Source of the DNA: Octopus sinensis
Lineage: Eukaryota
Direction: 5' to 3'
Length of the DNA stretch: 43,355 nt
Assembly (NCBI RefSeq): GCF_006345805.1
Contig: NW_021834930.1
Coordinates: 1-43,355, forward strand
The notes below the pieces were generated by a model. That model had not been told where the DNA came from. It worked only from the letters and a program-made list of their open reading frames with translations, and searched no databases. Positions within the stretch are counted from its first letter, which is position 1. Each line of letters opens with the position of its first letter. The translations under genes were made by a program, and so were the position numbers. Positions 36,746-43,355 of the stretch are shown one piece after another.

Positions 36746-37108
36746 GCCTAGAGAGTGAGGGTGTTGGAGTCACAATGACTAGATTGTATTTTTGATTCTT
36801 GAACAAGGCAGTGCATTGTGTTCCTTGGCAAAATACCTGATTTCACCTTGCTCTGCAGTGACTTCGATATTTGACATGTGGCAGATTTTGCACCTGGACA
36901 GGTAATGCTGATTTGATAGAGAGAGAGTGAGCTAAAGCACCGTACAAATATATGATCACAATAAACAAATCAACACATAGTTTTTTCAGCGAGAAGCTGA
37001 AAAACCCTCATCTGTCATTTATGACAAGAGAAAAAAAGCATGTATGTACATATATATTCAGAATTACTATTTTACATCTTCATATAAATAAAATATGTCT
37101 TGAAAACT

Positions 37109-37623
37109 TACCGTAAATCCTCGAGTATAATCTGCACTTTTTTCCCAAAATTTAAAGGTCAAAATCCCTAGTGCATATTATATACGAGGTTAAAAATGAA
37201 AATTATTTTCTAAGCAATATCCGAGTCTCTATTTGCTGTCTGGCAATGTTTATTCAGATGCATTTTATGATGTCGGGTGCGAAAATACCTTAAGCTAAGC
37301 CTGAAAGCAATGTAGTCATAAAAGAATCATCCATAATTTGCAGTAAGCAACATTTATTAAACGTTATTACTGTTATTTCTTTATTTTCTGCAAACAAAAT
37401 GCACAAAAAAGCTACACGTTTACATTATGTTATATATACAATAATAATAAAGGACATTACCGTATACATTTTTACAAACCAAGGACGTTATATAAGCTCC
37501 TTGACTCAAGTTAGAGAAGGGGTGCATACTATACACAAGGTTTAGGTTTTTCAGAGGTATAGCCCCCTAAAAATCCTCTGCGTATTATACTCAAGGGCGG
37601 ACTATACTCGAGGATTTACCGTA
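37109..37623. mobile_element. Tc1/mariner-superfamily (pogo/Tigger-like) MITE
   Basis: TA-CCGTAAATCCTCGAGTATA / TATACTCGAGGATTTACCG-TA. Confidence 0.85.
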
Positions 37624-38259
37624 AGTGTAATTGTCACAGTAAAATACTTATAAATGCTTTTCACTCTCTAATAGCCTGTATAATGTAGAAGTAAAAGCCA
37701 AATAGTTTTTGCTTTCATAACATAATATTTCAAAGCTGAACTTGCATTACACCATTTAACATCGTCATATATGATATAGACACCGAGGTTGAAAGGTGGT
37801 GGCTTTTGTGACTGTCTCACATAAAAATTTTAGTCGTTTACAGAATTGCAAATTCTATTCCATGCATGAAATTAAATTTTTTAATAAAATATTGGAAATA
37901 TTTTGCCTTTAATATTTAATAACTACTACTTATAGTTTGTGAAGATATGTAGGTTAATGTTTAGTGTATTCAGCTCATGATCGCAAGGTTGTGGGTTCAA
38001 TTCTCAGTGGTGAGTTGTGTCCTTTTGCTACAGTCTATTCAACTGGCAAAAATATTTTCCTAAAAGAAGTGGAGAAATTGTCAGAGTACAAAAGACCAAG
38101 ATGTGAGGCATGAAGGAGAAAATAATTATTTCTACTCTAGACACAAGGCCTTGAAATTCTCTGGGGAAGGGAGTGAGTCGATTGCATCGACCCCTGTGCA
38201 TAACTGGTGCTTATTTCATAGTCCCCGAAAGGATGAAAGGCAAAGTTGACCTCAGTGGA

Positions 38260-38765
38260 ATAATTGGAGCATTGAGCATGATAAAAAAAAAACAAATGAG
38301 TAAAACTGTAGAAGCTATACCTAGACCCTCAACACTACACAATGTCCAAAAAATAGCCCTGCTGGGAACAGCCCATATCCTACACAAGACTCTATCAATT
38401 TAATAATAAAACTCAAACAAAACAATCCAACAAACAAAACGCACTCTATGTAGCAAATATCTAATAAAAAAAACAACCACTAACAGGCCAGATACCCAAC
38501 AGAAGAACACAAATTGCATTACACACACAACACACAATACAAACACTAATATAACAAAAGACTGCAACCAATCCCATAACAAAACAAGTTGATGCAATAT
38601 TGGGAAGAGTTTGCACCCCCGCCCCCCCAACAACAAAAAAGAACACACAATGTTGCACTCACCCCAGAAACATGGATGTGTGGCAAGTGATGCAGTGGAA
38701 ATTTTCCTGAAACTACCAAATGTTGAATAATAATAATAATGATGATGATGATAATGATAATAATA
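38260..38765 (+). mobile_element. 3' end of an R4/Dong-like (RLE) non-LTR retrotransposon
   Basis: IIGALSMIKK..LHNVQKIALLGTAHILHKTLSI* C-terminus, A/C-rich UTR, (TAA)n tail. Confidence 0.75.
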
Positions 38766-39140
38766 AGAGCACTCAGAGAGCGCAAACCTCCGCCAAGGCA
38801 ACACCACCCAACGTCCTCTCAATGATTAGCCAGAGATGATTTTTAAAATGAGAATATCTGAAATAAATTTGATTGCTCTCACAAACGAGAGTTCTAAAAA
38901 TGAACCCGATCGCTCTCAAAAATTAAGTAAAATAACCGGAAAAATAATCCAGAATCCTTGTCCGGTACCAGATCAATTCTAAAATATAATCACTTTGTGC
39001 CAGTCACGAGGCCAAACATCCCTGAAAGTTTCATTTGAATCCATCCAGGGGTTCTTGAGATATCTTGTCCATGGACAAATAAACAAACAAATACAACTGA
39101 AAACAATACCTCCGCCTTTGCTAAGACGAAGGTAATAATA
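38766..39140 (+). mobile_element. Possible Helentron/HINE-like non-autonomous element
   Basis: ACCTCCGCC near the 5' end and terminal hairpin TACCTCCGCCTTTGCTAAGACGAAGGTA; (TAA)n flanks. Confidence 0.45.
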
Positions 39141-39339
39141 ATGGTTTCAAATTTTCACAGAAGGCCAGCAATTTCAGGAAAGGTGGTAAGTTGTTTATAT
39201 TGGTCCCTGAGATTAACTAGTACTTATTTTATTGACCCCCGAAAAGATGAGAGGCAAAATCAATCTCAGCAGAATTTGAACTCAGAACATAAAGAGGGAC
39301 AAAATACTACAAAGCATTTTGCCTGATGTGCTAACAATT

Positions 39340-39575
39340 CTTATTTCTTTACTACCCACAAGGGGCTACATACAGAGGGGGACAAACAAGGACAAACAAA
39401 CGGATTAAGTCGATTATATCGACCCCAGTGCGTAACTGGTACTTAATTTATCGACCCCGAAAGGGATGAAAGGCAAAGTTGACCTTGGCGGAATTTGAAC
39501 TCAGAACGTAACGGCAGACGAAATACGGCTACGCAATTCGCCCGGTGTGCTAACGTTTCTGCTAGCTCACTGCCT
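39340..39575 (-). mobile_element. SINE family B (same tail as the 461-961 units)
   Basis: TTATTTCTTTACTACCCACAAGGGGCT tail plus core. Confidence 0.85.
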
Positions 39576-39789
39576 TTTGTAATAATAATAATAATGATAG
39601 CAAGAAAAATAATTGGCATCATTTTTATAATTTTTCTGTGTATTCACTGCCTTAGGACACAGATGTTATACAATTGCATATCGCTAATAGCCTAAATTTA
39701 ATAGCTGTAGGGCAGATCTCTTCCTCTTTCCATTTCACAAACAAACAATGCTCATAGGGAACGTTTGTGTCATTGCTATACCATTTTAG

Positions 39790-39841
39790 GAATTCAGACT
39801 GCTTGGAAGCAAACTGACAGTGAAATTGCTAGTTTCTTCCG
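39790..39841 (+). CDS. Candidate 52-nt exon (GIQTAWKQTDSEIASFFR or EFRLLGSKLTVKLLVSS)
   Basis: ccattttag| acceptor, CCG|gtaact donor; unique sequence. Confidence 0.25.
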
Positions 39842-40026
39842 GTAACTAGGTTGTCACCAAAGACATAACATGTAAACAATAATATTATTGTTGCTATGAC
39901 TATAATATAGACACATATCAAACAATGACTGATGTTAATTAGACGACTCAGAAAGTGGAAAGGTCATTGCACAGTTGAGAGGTCAAATTAAATGCATTAG
40001 CAATGGCTTATAATGATTTCGGATCT

Positions 40027-40428
40027 TCTCTTTTACTCTTTTACTTGTTTCAGTCATTTGACTGTGGCCATGCTGGAGCACTGCCTTTTAGTCGAGCAAG
40101 TCGACCCCCCCAGGACTTATTCTTTGTAAGCCTAATATTTATTCTATCGGTCTCTTTTGCCGAACCGCTAAGTTACGGGGACGTAAACACACCAGCATCG
40201 GTTGTCAAGTGATGTTGGGGGGACAAATACACACACACACACATATATATACATATGCATATATACAACGGGCTTCTTTCAGTTTCCATCTACCAAATCC
40301 ACTCACAAGGCTTTGGTTGGCCCAAGGCTATAGTAGAAGACACTTGCCCAAGGTGCCACACAGTGGGACTGAATCCAGAACCATGTGGTTGGTAAACAAG
40401 CTACTTACCACACAGCCACTCCTGTGCC
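40027..40428 (-). mobile_element. Full-length SINE family A
   Basis: Matches consensus. Confidence 0.9.
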
Positions 40429-40429
40429 T

Positions 40430-40632
40430 GTTACTTGTCCTCTTCTTGTTTGTTGTTGACACAACATTTCGGCTGATATACCCTCCAGCCTTCATCAGGT
40501 GTCTTGGGGAAATTTCGAACCTGGTTCTCATTCCTAAAGTATTTTTCGATGTTATTATAATTATTCAGGTCACTGCTTGGAATCGAACTCAGAATCGTGG
40601 GGTTAGTAGCCTGCACTCTTAACCACTATGCC
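40430..40632 (-). mobile_element. tRNA-headed SINE-like element ending in a hammerhead ribozyme
   Basis: GGCATAGTGGTTAAG A-box, CTACTAA anticodon-like loop, GAGTTCGATTCC B-box, then HHR. Confidence 0.75.
40458..40503 (-). ncRNA. Minimal type-I hammerhead ribozyme, canonical core
   Basis: GACAC-CUGAUGA-A-GGCUG[GAGGGUAUAU]CAGCC-GAAA-UGUU-GUGUC: perfect 5-bp stems I and II, GUU triplet. Confidence 0.75.
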
Positions 40633-40643
40633 CACGGGCATAT

Positions 40644-40780
40644 GGCATAGTGGTTAAGAGTGTGGGCTACTAACTCCAAGATTCCAAGTACGATTCCAAG
40701 TAGTGACCTGAATAATAACAACAAGAGCATCGAAAAATACCTTCGGAATGAGAACCCAGGTTTGAAATTTCCCCAAGACA
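40644..40780 (+). mobile_element. Inverted (head-to-head) truncated copy of the tRNA-HHR element
   Basis: Imperfect reverse complement of 40500-40632; stops at CCCCAAGACA, immediately before the HHR core. Confidence 0.85.
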
Positions 40781-41286
40781 AAAGGCAAAGTCGACCTTGG
40801 CGGAATTTGAACTCAGAACGTAAAGACAGACCAAATACTGCTAAGCATTTCACCTGGTGCGCTAATGTTTCAGCCAGCTTGCCACCTTATACATGGTACA
40901 AATAATGAAGCATGATAATGGTGATGATGATGATGATGTGATCCTTTTGATGCAGGAGGATCCCTGCTTAGGCCCAATCAACAAAACCTACATATCTGAG
41001 ATCATTTAAAAGATCAAGGATAAATGTCCTCTCCGAAAGACCCTGAAAATAGAAAGGAGAAAATTTCAAATAAAGATGATTTATCGTACACTGTCATATA
41101 TTTATGATTATTAATTTTCTAGTAATTAATTCTATCGGACTAATGATTACAGACAATTTAAATGTTTACAGTTGGATGAATATTTGCATACTGTAGCATT
41201 GACTGTTTTATCAGTTGAATGGCCTTCAATAACTCAACAAGACAAGTAGCTAATTTAGTATTCACATATTTGTGGCAGGAAATATT

Positions 41287-41690
41287 CTTTTATCTTATAT
41301 CGTTTTAACCTGTTCCAGTCAATGCACTGCGGCCATGCTGGAGCACTGCCTCGAAGAGTTGTAGTTGAACAATTTGGTCCCCTATTCTTTTTTTTTTTTG
41401 CTTTTAAAAGTCTGGCACTTATTCTATCAGTCTCTTTCCCCAAACCGCTAAGTCACAAGGATGTAAACAAACCAATACCGTTTGTAAAGTGGCATAGGGG
41501 ACAGGCATAAACACACACACACACACACACAATGATGTGCTTGTTTCAGTTTCCATCTCCAATCCATTCGGAAGATTTTGGTTCGCCCGGGATTATAGAT
41601 GAAGATACTTGCCCAAGATGCCATGCCATAGAAGTGAACCTGAAAGCAGATTGGTAGGAAGCAAACTTCTTACCACACAGCCATATCTGC
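41287..41690 (-). mobile_element. Diverged SINE family A
   Basis: Matches consensus with many substitutions. Confidence 0.75.
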
Positions 41691-42818
41691 AAACTATAAT
41701 GATTTAAAGAGAAATAATAATACATTGAGAAAAAAAAAATCAAATAAAATTATTTATACTTTTCTGTTAAATATGGGAGATAACTCTGGACATATTTTGT
41801 CCTTGTTTTGACCTCATTAGGCACAGACATTGCTGAGTGATTAAAAACTTCATGGCTCTAGATTTGATCCCATTCATGACAAGTCCTTCCCATGGGCATT
41901 TCTCCATGTATGATAGAGAAAGAGAGCCTGTGAGATCCCTGACAACAGGTTATTGTCCACTCTTACAAAATTAGCTGGAGCAAATGAAATCAAGAACTCT
42001 GAGAAATAGAAATAATAATACTAATACTACTACTACTAATAATAATAATCCTTTCTACAGGAAGTACAAGGCATCAAATTTGTGGTGAGGGGACTAGTCG
42101 ATTACATTGACCCCAGTGTTTCACTGGTACTTAATTTATTGACCCTGAAAGGATGAAAGGCAAATTACCCACCAAGGACAATTAACCCCCCTCACCTCCA
42201 TAGGACAATTCCCTCCAACGACAACTACCCCTTGGGGCAATTACCCCCTCTCCAATATATTAAGAAGTTTCAAATCATCATAATTGTCCTTGGAGTGGGA
42301 GATATTGTCCATGGGGGATAAATGACCTAGACTTATAGAAACTGCACCCCTCTGCCAAGCCATGTTGAACCAATGTGGCAGGGTAGGTTCATCAAACCAT
42401 TATGATCTCAAGTTCAAATCCATGGTCTTCACATCTGAGGAGAGAACCTGCTGAGGTCTTCATCCTACAGTGGACTGACAATAGGCAATCCAATCCAAGA
42501 CAAGCAGCTATGTGTGCCTTATCAGATATGGTAACAGGATTTCAACTCATGATTATGAGACTAATCAAACGACAGCTTAATCCCACAACTGTTGTGTAAT
42601 TGTGTCACTGTCAATAAGACTAAGCCAGGGGAGCCATCAGCTTATGTTAACTCAATACATATGTTCAGTTCCCTGCATCAGTTTTTGTTTCCTTTCCATA
42701 TCTTCTCTTACTGGACAGAGGCCAGTTGTGTGTGTCTGTGTGTGTGTGTGTGTGTGTCTATGTTGATATATATGTAACAAATTTATTACACGTTAACAAA
42801 GAATCACTGCTGTCACTC

Positions 42819-42859
<41 letters not shown>

Positions 42860-42965
42860 CGCACATACACGCATATGTGTGTGTGTGTGTGCATGTATAC
42901 ATATATATATGCATGTATATATACACATATGCATGCATGCATGCATACATACATACATACATACA

Positions 42966-42996
<31 letters not shown>

Positions 42997-43111
42997 GTAT
43001 ATATAATGTATTCACCTATACTAGCAATACCCCAAATATTACATAGATAATTATAATTCATACGAATATTTATTGCCAATACTTGTATAAATATATATAT
43101 ATATATATATA

Positions 43112-43297
43112 AAGGGAAAGTTTACGAAAATAAACAAAAGACGAAGGCAGGTGGAGTACAAACAAAACAAGTATTAGTATAGCACTCAGGAATAGAAAAA
43201 GTCTTTTACGTTTCGAGCTACGCTCTTCGACAGAAAGATACACAGAAAAAAACAAGGAGAGAAAAAAATGCGTGTAGGAGCTAACGATCTATCACGG
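43112..43297 (-). mobile_element. Penelope pLTR-like short element in (TA)n
   Basis: Homologous to 4017-4235; (TA)n on both sides. Confidence 0.6.
43202..43238 (-). ncRNA. Minimal type-I hammerhead-like motif, A6U variant
   Basis: UCUUU-CUGUCGA-A-GAGC[GUA]GCUC-GAAA-CGUA-AAAGA: 5-bp stem I, GUA triplet. Confidence 0.55.
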
Positions 43298-43312
43298 TAT
43301 ATATTATATATA

Positions 43313-43345
<33 letters not shown>

Positions 43346-43355
43346 CGCACACACA

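Overview
AT-rich, repeat-saturated eukaryotic DNA, most likely an Octopus intron or intergenic region (inferred from tRNA-derived SINEs with a CORE-like domain, dense microsatellites, and RTE/CR1/R4 LINE relics). No intact gene is visible. Nearly all ORFs in the supplied track are microsatellite or SINE artefacts. The recognisable coding relics are LINE C-termini (CR1-group, RTE, R4/Dong-like) and an internally deleted mariner transposase. A few small + strand candidate exons may belong to an unidentified host gene. Two patterns stand out. (1) Eight minimal type-I hammerhead-ribozyme (HHR)-like motifs lie in small Penelope-pLTR-like elements. They include U3-A8 covariant cores, a recurrent A6U variant, and a tRNA-headed (Pol III) SINE ending in a canonical HHR and arranged head-to-head with a truncated copy. 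(2) There are three 270-470 bp local duplications. Two clearly interrupt older LINE reading frames at microhomologies, which points to locally templated insertion. All identities and family assignments are by eye; no searches were run.
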